From a virus (taxonomy: Duplodnaviria; Caudoviricetes): 64,000 nt of DNA. Positions 10,901 through 19,525 of this stretch are shown here, piece after piece; position 1 is the stretch's first letter; every line of letters begins with the position of its first letter. The translations under genes and the position numbers were made by a program. The stretch spans positions 7,108-71,107 of IMG/VR virus record IMGVR_UViG_2930556935_000001; one strand, given 5' to 3'. The notes beneath the pieces were generated by a model. That model saw nothing but the letters and a program-made list of their open reading frames with translations, did not search any database and was not told the DNA's origin.

Positions 10901-12175
10901 GACCTTCACCAGGAATCCGGAAACCTGGTCCCAGTACTTGACCAGGAAGTAGATGCCGACCGCGAGGGCAGCCAACGCGATGATGACGAGACCGATGGTC
11001 AGCGCCATCCCGAGAAGGATGATCCCCATGCCGCTCGCGGCAATAGAAAGAATCGCCGTCACCGCAGCCGCAATACCGGCGACCACGTTGTAGACAATCA
11101 GGGCAGCGTTCCATGCCAGCCATGCCCGAACCAGGTTCGCCAGTAGATCAGGAGGCAGCGAACTGAGCACCTGAAGCAGGACCATGAAGACGCTGAACGA
11201 ATTGCCGCTCAACTCGGCGGCTGCCTGCCCAATGTTCTTCAGCGACTCAATCAGCGTAAGTAGAAATTCCTTGACGTCGGGTGCCACGTCGTGGACCTTG
11301 TCGAGGAACCGCTGAAAGCCGCCGCCATCTGCCCAGCCCTTGAGCTTGTCGGCGCCCTCGGCGATGTTCGCGACGACCTCATTGCCGAAGGGCAGGAAGT
11401 CGCGGAAGCCTTTGCCGAGAACGCCGATGACATCCCGGCCTATCTTGATGAAACTGCCGAGGGCGGGAACGCCCTGCGTCTTTACGGTATTGATGAACCG
11501 GTCAAGACCCTTGCCGTCCATCCAGTCGGCGAAGTCCTGCGCGACTTCCGTCACGAGTGGACTCACGGCCTTGACGATCGGAATGAATTTCCCCATGTTC
11601 CGGGAAACGGCATTCATTGCGATGGAAGTCGGAGTGAGAGTGTCCTTCTCGGTGGCTGTGATGAAGCGCGCCCACGCCCCTGTCATGTCGCCCATGGAGT
11701 CGTAGAACGTGCGCTGCGCCGGAGACAGCATCTTCAGCGTCTCGGTAAGCGTCGTCTCTGCTTCGTGAACTTTCTTCAGCTGCTCGCTGTACGCCTTCGT
11801 CCCCGGCGTGAGAGTCGAAAGCGCCAGTTCCTGCTTCTTCAGGCCATCCTTTGCGGCCTTCGTAGCCTGGACGGTTTTCGTGATCGCGCCGAAGAGCGCA
11901 CCGCCGAAAACCCCCGCAGCCGCGCCGGCTGCCGCAGTCGAAGCCACGAGCCCGCCCGCGACGCCACCCGCGGCCACGGCGATAGGAACCAGCGCTGGCC
12001 CGAGCAGCAGCGCAGCGTTCGTCACCGAACCGAGCTGACCAGCGATGTTCGACGCTGCCTTGTTGATCCCGGTCAGGCCGTTATCGAAATCATCGAGGTC
12101 GCGCCGTGCACGCCGCAGACCAGCACCGCTGTAGGTGGACGTAATGGCAAACGAAAGTGACGTGATCGTGGCCAT
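7922..12175 (-). CDS. tape measure protein with C-terminal NlpC/P60 and lytic transglycosylase domains
   Basis: 1417 aa, periodic Trp/Phe helical repeats; GKPYLWGGVGPGGYDCSG...GHT (NlpC/P60); ESGWRWNAKNPSSGAYGIPQAL (SLT-like). Confidence 0.95.
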   Translation of the reverse strand: MATITSLSFAITSTYSGAGLRRARRDLDDFDNGLTGINKAASNIAGQLGSVTNAALLLGPALVPIAVAAGGVAGGLVASTAAAGAAAGVFGGALFGAITKTVQATKAAKDGLKKQELALSTLTPGTKAYSEQLKKVHEAETTLTETLKMLSPAQRTFYDSMGDMTGAWARFITATEKDTLTPTSIAMNAVSRNMGKFIPIVKAVSPLVTEVAQDFADWMDGKGLDRFINTVKTQGVPALGSFIKIGRDVIGVLGKGFRDFLPFGNEVVANIAEGADKLKGWADGGGFQRFLDKVHDVAPDVKEFLLTLIESLKNIGQAAAELSGNSFSVFMVLLQVLSSLPPDLLANLVRAWLAWNAALIVYNVVAGIAAAVTAILSIAASGMGIILLGMALTIGLVIIALAALAVGIYFLVKYWDQVSGFLVKVWDATWGFIKKTALTVWDFLTHGWGQFLLLLMGPLGLAVLVWKHWDEIWGWIRDSALTVWAALKSGWSDFTGWLSSTWNSIWGGLLDAWHAFSEPFIQTWNQVWPELKLVIDQVWGDIKEAWSVLWSGVTIVWSAFWGTFGPSIKASWQGLVDSVKAYWDLLTSAWNLVWTVIKSTFDVAWAVLSGAWSIAWALLTSTAKVAWAVLTGAWSVVWAVVTGIWNVFYATFAAIFSGAWKIVAATATGIWDVIKAAWDVLWKTVTAIFLTFTAIFTGNWSKAWTAIQAAGQAIWNLINTAWQSFLNVIRSVFLAFSGVLTAAWSAFWAAVQSVAAAAWAAFRGVFQAFLDGVKAVWTAAWNAIRNLFQVFVQAVIAVATATWNTIRTGVQAFLTAVQAIWNTAWTTIRTLFQSAVTSITNAATVLWTAMRTTFSVGSTWLRETFWNPVNNFFTKTIPAAFTAGVTAIGKAWDKLRELVRAPIQAIVNVVYNNGIRKLWNIVAGAFGAKELGAFTLPAFKDGGPTGAGSADGFLAKLHPNEHVWTAAEVKGAGGHKAVAALRSQAMGGAKVRTYGGSSFDDGGGFLGTGIGPSLGDIGGAISGALGKLKDLALGAISGPFSAAVDGVAKVGKAAVRTAVPGDGNALESMGVGMVDKIASAVKSWVKANDVAPDVAGGSVADALTWAKAQAGKPYLWGGVGPGGYDCSGFMGDIQNVIMGNSTYRRLWATGAFNGGSAPSGWKYHEKAPFTIGVTNAGVGHTAGTLNGVNVESRGGAGVVIGSNARGYNNSLFDSWYGFMPSKSAGGAGGTVGAAQATAKAMLSKYGWNSGQWPALQKLWAGESGWRWNAKNPSSGAYGIPQALPASKMASAGSDWKTNATTQIKWGEGYIKSVYGSPTSAYSKWQARSPHWYGLGTPGAHSGPAWVGETQPELVNFRGGERVDPLSKLVGKGSGGGDHFDISIPISGNVDHGVVDRLESETIPKLRMALQQGVGRRP

Positions 12176-12191
12176 TACGTCCGCCCCCTAT

Positions 12192-12520
12192 TTAGTTGTC
12201 GTCCTCCGTTTCGGAGGAAGGTCGGTACAGCTCATTCGGGCGGGGATAGTGCTCAGGCTCGGGAACCGGATTGTTCGGGTTCTTCTTGTCCGTGAAGTGC
12301 GCGGCACCGAGCAGCCGGTTCAGGTACTGAAGCTGCTCGTGGATCCCGGCGAGCGCCTCGCGGTCATAGGCCAGATCGACCGGGCCGGCGAACCGCTCGT
12401 ACGCCTGCCACTCCGCAAGCTCCCGGGACGTGTGCCGCGCGAGCACCTCACGCACCGGCATCCCCAGCGCGAGGGCTAGTCGGAAGTAGAGGCCCCTCCC
12501 GGGGCGTCCTCGAAACCCTC
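12192..12520 (-). CDS. tail assembly chaperone, frameshifted C-terminal extension (gpT-like)
   Basis: -1 frame relative to upstream chaperone reads ...GLYFRLALALGMPVREVLARHTSRELAEWQAYE. Confidence 0.8.
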
Positions 12521-12895
12521 GGTCAGTTCCTCAACATCCGCTTCGGTGAAACCGTTCAGCTTCTGGCAGGCGTCGAAGACGCGACCCAACGCCCTGGACG
12601 ACTTCTTCCCCAGGGCGGGGATGTCCGCGGCGTTGAACATCAGCTCGCCCGCCTCGTTGATGATGCAGAGAGCGACCAGCCGGGCGCGGAAGTTCGCGAG
12701 ATTCTGCTTCGTCTTCCCACCCTTCGTCTCCACCGTGGACGCCTCGAACTTGTCGCGGTCCACGCCCATCAGCATCCGCAGGCGAACCGCGTACTCGTCA
12801 GGGTTCTTCGCAGTCTTCGGCGCCCACTCGGGGACCGGGACATCCTCCGTCGCCAGGTCATCGGCGTTAAGGATCTCGTCACGGGAAAGCAGCAT
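12476..12895 (-). CDS. tail assembly chaperone (gpG-like)
   Basis: MLLSRDEILNADDLATEDVPVPEW...RARLVALCIINEAGELMF; RBS GAGAGG; upstream of tape measure. Confidence 0.9.
   Translation of the reverse strand: MLLSRDEILNADDLATEDVPVPEWAPKTAKNPDEYAVRLRMLMGVDRDKFEASTVETKGGKTKQNLANFRARLVALCIINEAGELMFNAADIPALGKKSSRALGRVFDACQKLNGFTEADVEELTEGFEDAPGGASTSD
12512..12518 (-). other. programmed -1 ribosomal frameshift slippery site G GGT TTC
   Basis: X XXY YYZ heptamer in frame near the chaperone 3' end; -1 slip joins the downstream ORF. Confidence 0.8.
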
Positions 12896-12967
12896 GAGGT
12901 ACCTCTCGATCACGGGTATTAGGAAACTCGGGGTAGACGCGCCGGAGAATTGCGATACGATCCGGCC

Positions 12968-13300
12968 ATGGCCCAAAAGATTCAGACCATCTACATCGAC
13001 GACTTCACCGGCAACGAGTCCGACGAGGTCAACACTCACGTCTTCTCGCTGGACGGAGTGAGCTACGAAATTGATCTCATTCCGGAGAATTACGACAAGC
13101 TCTTCGAGGCCCTTGAGCCGTTCATCGACAAGGGCCGGAAGCAGGGGCGGGTAAAGGGAGCACCGAAGGCGCGGAAGAGCGAGGCCGACGGCCCCAGTGC
13201 CGAAGAGGTCCGCGCATGGGCGAGGGTCCAGGGCATAGAGGTCAACGACCGTGGCCGCGTCCCCGCCAACGTTCGCGAGCAGTACGAAGCTGCGCACTGA
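12968..13300 (+). CDS. lsr2: Lsr2 family nucleoid-associated protein
   Basis: MAQKIQTIYIDD...FSLDGVSYEIDL dimerisation domain; VRAWARVQGIEVNDRGRVP AT-hook-like RGR motif. Confidence 0.95.
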   Translation: MAQKIQTIYIDDFTGNESDEVNTHVFSLDGVSYEIDLIPENYDKLFEALEPFIDKGRKQGRVKGAPKARKSEADGPSAEEVRAWARVQGIEVNDRGRVPANVREQYEAAH

Positions 13301-13309
13301 CCCACGCAA

Positions 13310-13338
13310 ACAGCCCCCGGCGCAATGCCGGGGGCTGT
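13310..13338. terminator. intrinsic terminator hairpin after lsr2, possibly bidirectional
   Basis: ACAGCCCCCGGC-gcaat-GCCGGGGGCTGT perfect 12-bp stem. Confidence 0.75.
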
Positions 13339-13389
13339 GCTGTGTGCGGGCCGCCCGAGGTACCCGCGGACCCCGGGCGGCCCGCTCGA

Positions 13390-13884
13390 TCACCCGCGAC
13401 TTGCCGCAGCGATCGTCTCGGCAGCGTCGTCCAATACCTGCTGAACGTCGCGTTCTATCTGCGGGCGGTGTTCGACCATCGTTTCGCGGAACCAGCTGCC
13501 GCCCGTAGTCTGGCGAACCCAGTTGTGCCGATTGCCGAACACGGGGTGACGCCAACCGGTCGAACTGTCCAGGTATCGCGGGAGATTGGCCTCATCCGGC
13601 TTGTCCATGAACGAGACGACTCGGAGTGCTGGAGCCTTCCCGACAGCCGCCTGAATCCTCACGCCTCGCGCCACACGGCGACGGAATCCCGAATGGCCGT
13701 GACCCTGCACGGGGAGGGCGCGCACGCGGTCCTTGGCCTCTTGCACGGCCGGCTTGACTGCCTTCTGGAGATCCTTGCGGAGCTTCTTCGGCAAGTCCCG
13801 GTCGACCTCGCGCAGAGCGATGGCCACCCGCTTGAACTCGTTCCCTAGAGAGACGTTGACCGAAGGCCCGCGGGCGCGCGCCAC
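13390..13884 (-). CDS. HK97 gp10-like neck/tail completion protein
   Basis: Basic protein with WRHPVFGNRHNWVRQ motif; position in tail cluster. Confidence 0.7.
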   Translation of the reverse strand: MARARGPSVNVSLGNEFKRVAIALREVDRDLPKKLRKDLQKAVKPAVQEAKDRVRALPVQGHGHSGFRRRVARGVRIQAAVGKAPALRVVSFMDKPDEANLPRYLDSSTGWRHPVFGNRHNWVRQTTGGSWFRETMVEHRPQIERDVQQVLDDAAETIAAASRG

Positions 13885-14300
13885 TAGACGGTCGCCCGCG
13901 CGATGCCCGTCCTCTGCGCCGGGAACGTCACCTGTGTCTCGGAGAGCGAGCCGACGTCACCGGAGAGGGGCTGGTATTCGAGCAGGATGCACGTCGCTGT
14001 GAACTTCGGGTTCGTCGCCGACACCGCCGAAGCGGTCGGCCGAACCTCCACGACGAACTCAGTCTCGTTGTTGTACAGGGGATACAGGGTCGCGTCGACC
14101 TGCGCCGCGGCGAAGTCCTGCTGAAAGTTGATGACGAAGTTGTCATCCTTCAGCCCCGCAACGCGCTCACGGCCGGAGCCGCTGAAGTTCGTTGTCTCGA
14201 CTTCGTCCTTCGACAGGTTCACTTCGACCGACGAAATGTGATCGGAGAAGTTCACCCCGTTGACGAGTATCGCGCAGTCGCGCAAAACGAGCTTGGCCAT
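13884..14300 (-). CDS. major tail (tube) protein
   Basis: 138 aa, ILVNGVNFSDHISSVEV...ETTNF...RERVAGLKD...NPKFTATC; position. Confidence 0.85.
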   Translation of the reverse strand: MAKLVLRDCAILVNGVNFSDHISSVEVNLSKDEVETTNFSGSGRERVAGLKDDNFVINFQQDFAAAQVDATLYPLYNNETEFVVEVRPTASAVSATNPKFTATCILLEYQPLSGDVGSLSETQVTFPAQRTGIARATV

Positions 14301-14303
14301 CGC

Positions 14304-14576
14304 TTAGCCTTCTTTCTTCTCGGCCACCGATGGCCGCGCGGATTCTGTGGCCGGCTCGACATGTCCGGCCTCGATGAGCGCCTGCTCTTGTGCATCCGTC
14401 AGGCACAAAGTGACCTGCTCGCCCTTGTTCGCTCCGCCGACTTCTCGGGGACCGACGACCACGAATTCGCGGTCGGTCGGCTCTTCCCGGGAACGCAAAG
14501 ACCGCCCGGACGGTGGATCTGCCGGGCGGTCTTGGATGGGAAGCGGATTGGGAGCAGGGCTGTTAGCCCTCGCCAT
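14304..14576 (-). CDS. hypothetical virion-cluster protein
   Basis: Operonic ORF with RBS. Confidence 0.6.
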   Translation of the reverse strand: MARANSPAPNPLPIQDRPADPPSGRSLRSREEPTDREFVVVGPREVGGANKGEQVTLCLTDAQEQALIEAGHVEPATESARPSVAEKKEG

Positions 14577-14580
14577 TACG

Positions 14581-14919
14581 TCATCGCCTCACAACGGCCA
14601 TGCTGATGTTGGCGTTCTGAACGGAAGTCGTGATCGTGGCGAGCCCCGTGACTGAGTCGCGGTAGCTCCGATAGAGCGGAATGCGCAGCTCGGTCGGAGT
14701 CACACTGCCGATACCGAGCGTGTACGCCTTGTCAGGCGCGGTGTCGCCGTTTTCTAGCACCTGCTTACCGAGAACAGTCACGGTGCAGGCCGCAGTGTGG
14801 GTACTGCGGTACTCCGCCCAGACGTAGTCACCGACTTCTGCAGTGTCCGACGCAGTCGCTGCGGTGAAGGTGGGAGCCGTGCCCGCAGGCACAATGATTT
14901 GAGTTGTCCTGAGGGACAT
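14581..14919 (-). CDS. hypothetical structural protein
   Basis: Start MSLRTTQ with GAGG RBS; beta-rich. Confidence 0.65.
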   Translation of the reverse strand: MSLRTTQIIVPAGTAPTFTAATASDTAEVGDYVWAEYRSTHTAACTVTVLGKQVLENGDTAPDKAYTLGIGSVTPTELRIPLYRSYRDSVTGLATITTSVQNANISMAVVRR

Positions 14920-14930
14920 CAGTTCCTCGC

Positions 14931-15374
14931 TTAGTTGCTGGGGGTCCGTACGGTGATTCGCAGGACAGCGCCCACGTGCGGAACGCCGGCCGACTCGAAG
15001 AATCCGCCGTAGAGGCGAATCCCTTCGGCGTGGGCGTCGGTGCCGTCGGTCAGCCCTAGGTCGGCGTTCTGGAAGAGCACTTCCCGAATGCTCTTCGAGC
15101 CCTTGCCCGTTACGTACTGATCGAGCTTCTGTTGCGCCAAGGCGCCCTCGGTGCGGCCTACCAATACGAAAAGGTCGAGCGTCCACTCATCCATGCCCCG
15201 GCCGAAGGCGCCATTGAAGTTGCAGGCGAGTCCCGACGTCGACGGAGCCGCAGGTATGACCACAACTGCGGGAACCTGCTGGACGTCGGAGACCTCGGAG
15301 TAGACGTTCAGGCCCGAGATAGCCGCCTTCAATGTTTCCTTCAGGGCGGATCGGACTTCTGCCAGCGACGCCAT
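14931..15374 (-). CDS. tail terminator protein
   Basis: MASLAEVRSAL...PAVVV...AQQKLDQYV; position after adaptor. Confidence 0.75.
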   Translation of the reverse strand: MASLAEVRSALKETLKAAISGLNVYSEVSDVQQVPAVVVIPAAPSTSGLACNFNGAFGRGMDEWTLDLFVLVGRTEGALAQQKLDQYVTGKGSKSIREVLFQNADLGLTDGTDAHAEGIRLYGGFFESAGVPHVGAVLRITVRTPSN

Positions 15375-15375
15375 G

Positions 15376-15999
15376 TCACCTCACAAGAATTGGGTCCCTG
15401 ACATAGGGCGCCAACTTCGAGGCAGCCATACGGTTGTCACGGACGCGGATGACACCGAATTGATCCATGCCTGCAACGCCGAAAGGCGCGTCTTTGAGCT
15501 GGAAGGTTTCCGCCGCCAGAATCAGGCAGGCTTGTTTCACGGGCGCTGGGACGGCCGTCCAGCCCCACTTGGCGGTAACCGTCACGTCTGAGAGCCCGTC
15601 AAACCGCAACGCGCCCGCGGCCTGAATTTCCCAGTAAGGCCAACCGGGCTGGCCGCTCACAATCCCGTTGCGTGGATACAGCCTGTAATCCGACAGAGTC
15701 CACGCAGTGCCGCCCGCCAGGACGGCCAGGCCGGCCGTATCGCAGAAGTCATCTACAGCGAGCCAGTGCAATGCCCCGGAAGAGTCAGTGATCGTAAAGA
15801 CATTTTCAGACCCGTAGCTGCGGGCACTCACGGAATCCGCCGTATTGAACTGTCGATCGCAATGCGTCTCGATCTCACGACTCACCGACGCAAGGGCGTC
15901 CGTCAGGACGGTGTCGTACATCGTGACGTCGTCCTCGATGCTGCCCCGCATGTACGCCTTGAGCTGCGGGAGCGTCGCATAGCTGTCGCCAAGGGCCAC
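15376..15999 (-). CDS. head-to-tail adaptor
   Basis: YATLPQLKAYM...SREIETHCDRQF...WGWTAVPAPVKQACLI. Confidence 0.85.
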   Translation of the reverse strand: MALGDSYATLPQLKAYMRGSIEDDVTMYDTVLTDALASVSREIETHCDRQFNTADSVSARSYGSENVFTITDSSGALHWLAVDDFCDTAGLAVLAGGTAWTLSDYRLYPRNGIVSGQPGWPYWEIQAAGALRFDGLSDVTVTAKWGWTAVPAPVKQACLILAAETFQLKDAPFGVAGMDQFGVIRVRDNRMAASKLAPYVRDPILVR

Positions 16000-16001
16000 G
16001 A

Positions 16002-16277
16002 TCAGACCCCCGTCCGCAACACCTTCGCGCTCTCGGTAGCGGCGGCGACGATCCCGTACAGCGCCTCACCGACCCCGAGCGCGACCGCCCACGGCAGGCT
16101 TGCGCCAGCGGCAACCGGATAGCCCGTAGCCGTGGTCACGCCGGAGCCACCGAGGAAGATCGGATTCGCTCCGGCGTTCGTCACGTAGATCGACTGGCCC
16201 GCTACGTTGTCGCCGTCCGCGCCGCTGAGCAGCGTCGCCGTAGTCGCTACAGACACGGCCGCGCCCACGACCGCCAT
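16002..16277 (-). CDS. small structural protein (possible head decoration)
   Basis: Beta-rich, after capsid; IFLGGSGVTTATGYPV. Confidence 0.6.
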   Translation of the reverse strand: MAVVGAAVSVATTATLLSGADGDNVAGQSIYVTNAGANPIFLGGSGVTTATGYPVAAGASLPWAVALGVGEALYGIVAAATESAKVLRTGV

Positions 16278-16280
16278 GAC

Positions 16281-16535
16281 CTACCGCCCCTTGTTCTGCG
16301 AGGGGCGCGTCATCTTGTTCGCGGGCGCCGCAGCCTTCTTGGGCTCCGGGGCCGGCTCCGGCTTCGCCGCAGGCTCAAGCGCTCCGAGGCGCTCAGCTTC
16401 TTCGCGCGAGACCAGCATGCCGGGCGTCCAGTGCAGCCACCGCGCCTCAGGGTCGGTCTCCAGAACGACCCGGTCACCGGCCTCCGTCAGACACCAGTGG
16501 TCCTTGATCGTCACCCATGTGTCGTCGTCGCTCAC
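16281..16535 (-). CDS. hypothetical capsid-cluster protein
   Basis: Operonic; KKAAAPANKM tail typical of genes following HK97 capsids. Confidence 0.6.
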   Translation of the reverse strand: MSDDDTWVTIKDHWCLTEAGDRVVLETDPEARWLHWTPGMLVSREEAERLGALEPAAKPEPAPEPKKAAAPANKMTRPSQNKGR

Positions 16536-16957
16536 GCCAGCTCCACGTAGGTGAGGACCGCAGAGAACTTGCCCGCGGTCACCGTGGCCGTGGCGATCAC
16601 GGCGAGCAAGGAGCGGGCGGCGGTCGTCTTGATCGGGGCAGTCGTCGAAGTGAAGTCGGCGCGCTTCGCCCCGGTCGTCGACCAGGGAGCGCCAGAGACG
16701 GCGTCGACCGCGTTCACGTCGGCGGCGCTCTCCAACTGAAGAGCAACCGTCGCGGCACCGCCGGATGTCAGCGCAGTGTCCACGTGGATCAGCGCGTCGA
16801 TGACGATCGCGCCGGACGGGATGGCGTCACCCGTCATCGTGATGCTGCTGATCGCGCCGCCCTGCGTCGCGAAGTCGTAGTAGAAACGTGCGTACTTGGC
16901 TCGCCCCTCGAAAGAGGTCGAACCAATCTTGTTCGTGCCGGGCTGAACAGTGCCCAT
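16532..16957 (-). CDS. capsid decoration / head-associated protein
   Basis: Jelly-roll-like beta-rich protein right after the capsid gene; RBS AAGGA. Confidence 0.6.
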   Translation of the reverse strand: MGTVQPGTNKIGSTSFEGRAKYARFYYDFATQGGAISSITMTGDAIPSGAIVIDALIHVDTALTSGGAATVALQLESAADVNAVDAVSGAPWSTTGAKRADFTSTTAPIKTTAARSLLAVIATATVTAGKFSAVLTYVELA

Positions 16958-17023
16958 TGCAGATTCCTTTCGAAAGGGCAACGCTGGGGAATCAGCGCGA
17001 ACCAATTCCCCAGCTATCCAGAC

Positions 17024-18319
17024 CTAGAGGCCGGTGACCGAACCGAACGCCTTCGGGCGGTAGTGGATCGCCGCGGCGCGCATGTCGGCGCGGATGGCGA
17101 GCTTGCCCTTCACGAAGTAGTCGCTGTGCGAGTTCGACACCTGGACGTCGATACCGCGGCGCATCGCGAGTTCCGAGAAGTTCGCGTAGTCCCCGAGAAT
17201 CGCCTTCGTCGAAGTGACCGCGGTCGTCTCGACAACCGGGATTCCCCAGATGGTGAACGGGCCGACCATCGACGGGTGTCCCCAGATGTACTGACCGTCC
17301 GCCGTCTTCAGCAGCCGGACGTTTTCCCACTTCGCCGGCGCGATGAAGAGAACCGACGGCTCCGCGAACCCGTTGTCACGGATCTTCCGGGCGCACTTGT
17401 ACACGGCGTCCGGGATCGAGTCCGTGCCCAGCGCCTGCGTCTGGATGCCGGAGACGTTCTCGGTGCCGCGCAGGTTCGGGGCGGTGCCGTTGCCGACCAG
17501 CAGCTGCGAGTCGAGACGCTGCTGAATCATGAACGGCAGGCGGTTGTTGACGTAGCCCTGCGCGCGCGGCTCGTCCTCGAACTGCTCGTCAGTGACGGGC
17601 AGGAACGTCGCGATCTTGCGCACCGGCTCCTGACGCTCGGTCAGCGCGAGCGCCGACTCTGCGTAGGAACCCTGGTTGTCCGCCTGGTTCGCCTCCGCCG
17701 TCTCCGCCGCGTTGTTCGTGAACGTGGTCTCTTCCATGTAGACCACGGCGGACATGCCCGTCGTGGTGTGCGGGAAGTACGCGGCGACGTGCACCGAAGG
17801 CCGCGTGGCCATCAGTTCGACACGGCCGGTCCGCAGGTCCTCCGAGTCCCAGCCCACCGGGGTTTCCATCAGCGTCTTCAGGCTGATGTCCAGGTGCGCG
17901 GAGGGGCCCACGCCCGAACCGGGCTTGTAGCCCTTGAAGGCGGTCGACTCGGCGAACTCGGCGCCCAGGTCGACGAACCCGCGCCCGCCCTTGCGCTCCG
18001 GCTCCCGGCCGCTCTTGGAGCCGCGGGTGCCGTCGCCGCCTTCCTTGCCCTCGTCGCCCTGCTGCGCCGCAGCCGCCGCGCGGGCGACGATGAGCAGCTC
18101 GTCGACCTTCGACTTGCAGCCGATGATCTCTTCGTTCATCTTGCGGATCTCGTCGACCTTGGCCGTGGTGTCGCCCGCGATCGACTTGACCTTGCTCATG
18201 TCGTAGTCGGGGCCGGCCTCCGTGAAGACCGCCGCGAGTCCCTTGCGCTTCTCGTCGAGCTTTTCCTGTGCCTGCTTCAGCGCAGGGAATTCGACGATCC
18301 GGTCAGAATCGTTGTACAT
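17024..18319 (-). CDS. major capsid protein (HK97 fold) with N-terminal delta domain
   Basis: VRKIATFLPVTDE, LLVGNGTAPNLRG, LKTADGQYIW, IWGIPVVET, YFVKGKLAIRA. Confidence 0.95.
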   Translation of the reverse strand: MYNDSDRIVEFPALKQAQEKLDEKRKGLAAVFTEAGPDYDMSKVKSIAGDTTAKVDEIRKMNEEIIGCKSKVDELLIVARAAAAAQQGDEGKEGGDGTRGSKSGREPERKGGRGFVDLGAEFAESTAFKGYKPGSGVGPSAHLDISLKTLMETPVGWDSEDLRTGRVELMATRPSVHVAAYFPHTTTGMSAVVYMEETTFTNNAAETAEANQADNQGSYAESALALTERQEPVRKIATFLPVTDEQFEDEPRAQGYVNNRLPFMIQQRLDSQLLVGNGTAPNLRGTENVSGIQTQALGTDSIPDAVYKCARKIRDNGFAEPSVLFIAPAKWENVRLLKTADGQYIWGHPSMVGPFTIWGIPVVETTAVTSTKAILGDYANFSELAMRRGIDVQVSNSHSDYFVKGKLAIRADMRAAAIHYRPKAFGSVTGL

Positions 18320-18333
18320 GGCTCTCCGTTTTT

Positions 18334-18367
18334 GGGCATGAAAAAAGCCCCCGGGTCACGGAGGCTT
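18334..18367 (-). terminator. terminator hairpin between protease and capsid genes
   Basis: AAGCCTCCG...CGGGGGCTTTTTT on minus strand. Confidence 0.65.
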
Positions 18368-18382
18368 GACGGAACGTTTCTC

Positions 18383-19525
18383 TTAGAAGTCGTTCATGAG
18401 CGCGAGCGACTGAACGAACAGCGAGGCCTTTTCATCGGCGCTCGGCTCGGACGGCTCGGCGTCATCAACGGGAATAGACAGCAGGGTTTCCAGCCGCTTC
18501 ACTTCATCCCTGATCCAAGACAGGAACTCGGCGGAGCCGGCCGACATGCCCTTGCCCTTCTGCGCACGGAGAGCCATGACTTCCGCAGCACGGTCATTCA
18601 GGCTCGACAGATTGGCCAGCACGTCAGTGGCCTCATCCGCGAACCGCTTCCTGCCCTTCTGGTCGCCGTCAGCTGTACGCAGCTGAGGCGGTTCCCGGTC
18701 GGCGTCCGTCAGGTGCGCCGCCAGGTGCTTGTAGACGGCCTCGCGGTCCTTCTCGGGTACGCCCGAGTCGCCGTTCGCGCCGTTCAGTTGAGCGATGCCC
18801 TGAAGGCACGCCCGGATGTTCGCCGGCCCGTCCACGCCGTGGTGATGGGCGAACAGGTACGACGACTTCAGCTCCGGGTCTCCCTCGGGGTCGACCCACG
18901 CGAAGACCGTCCGCAGCTGCGAAGGCCGCGCGTCCGCCGGAAGATCGCCGATCGTCTTGGTTCCGTCCCACGCGCCGGCGAGCGTCGCCGTCTCCCGGGC
19001 CGGGATCGGGCCGCGTACGGCACCGGAGGACTTCGCGGTAGGCCTGTCGTCCATCTGGCGCCCCTTCGTGGCGAGAGTGCGGGTACCGATACCGGCGCCC
19101 CTCAGGACGGGCGAGACCTCATGCACCGTCACCTCTTCGAGGTAGCGAACCGACTGATCCTTCTCTTCACCGAAGGAGTACTTATTGATGTCGAAGCCGT
19201 ACGACCACTCGCCCAAGCCGGCCGCTGCAAGCTCTTTGACGGTCTCGAAGGTGTCCTTGCCGTGAACCGTGTTCATGAAGAACTGGCCATCCAATACGGC
19301 CTTCTTGCCCTTCACGCGGATCACGCCCTTGCCTACGGGCAGCAATCCCTCCCACGACTTGTGGCCGTAGGCGCTGATGACGACGGCCGCCCCATCGGTG
19401 AACGCATCCTCGCGGGTGTAATCCCCGTCGTGATCCCGTACACCCATCGTCGAGAAGACAGCCGAGACAATTCCCTTTTCCGCGTCCTTGATTTCCAGAC
19501 CGCCGGACAGGCTCTTACGCTCCAT
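18383..19525 (-). CDS. HK97 prohead protease with extended C-terminus
   Basis: DHDGD, YGH, EWSYGF, HEVSPVLRGAG motifs. Confidence 0.9.
   Translation of the reverse strand: MERKSLSGGLEIKDAEKGIVSAVFSTMGVRDHDGDYTREDAFTDGAAVVISAYGHKSWEGLLPVGKGVIRVKGKKAVLDGQFFMNTVHGKDTFETVKELAAAGLGEWSYGFDINKYSFGEEKDQSVRYLEEVTVHEVSPVLRGAGIGTRTLATKGRQMDDRPTAKSSGAVRGPIPARETATLAGAWDGTKTIGDLPADARPSQLRTVFAWVDPEGDPELKSSYLFAHHHGVDGPANIRACLQGIAQLNGANGDSGVPEKDREAVYKHLAAHLTDADREPPQLRTADGDQKGRKRFADEATDVLANLSSLNDRAAEVMALRAQKGKGMSAGSAEFLSWIRDEVKRLETLLSIPVDDAEPSEPSADEKASLFVQSLALMNDF

Noticed and set aside
9400-11300. Lower-GC stretch in the tape measure gene as a foreign insertion
   Set aside because: Reading frame and Trp/Phe repeat periodicity are continuous; composition is explained by amino-acid content.
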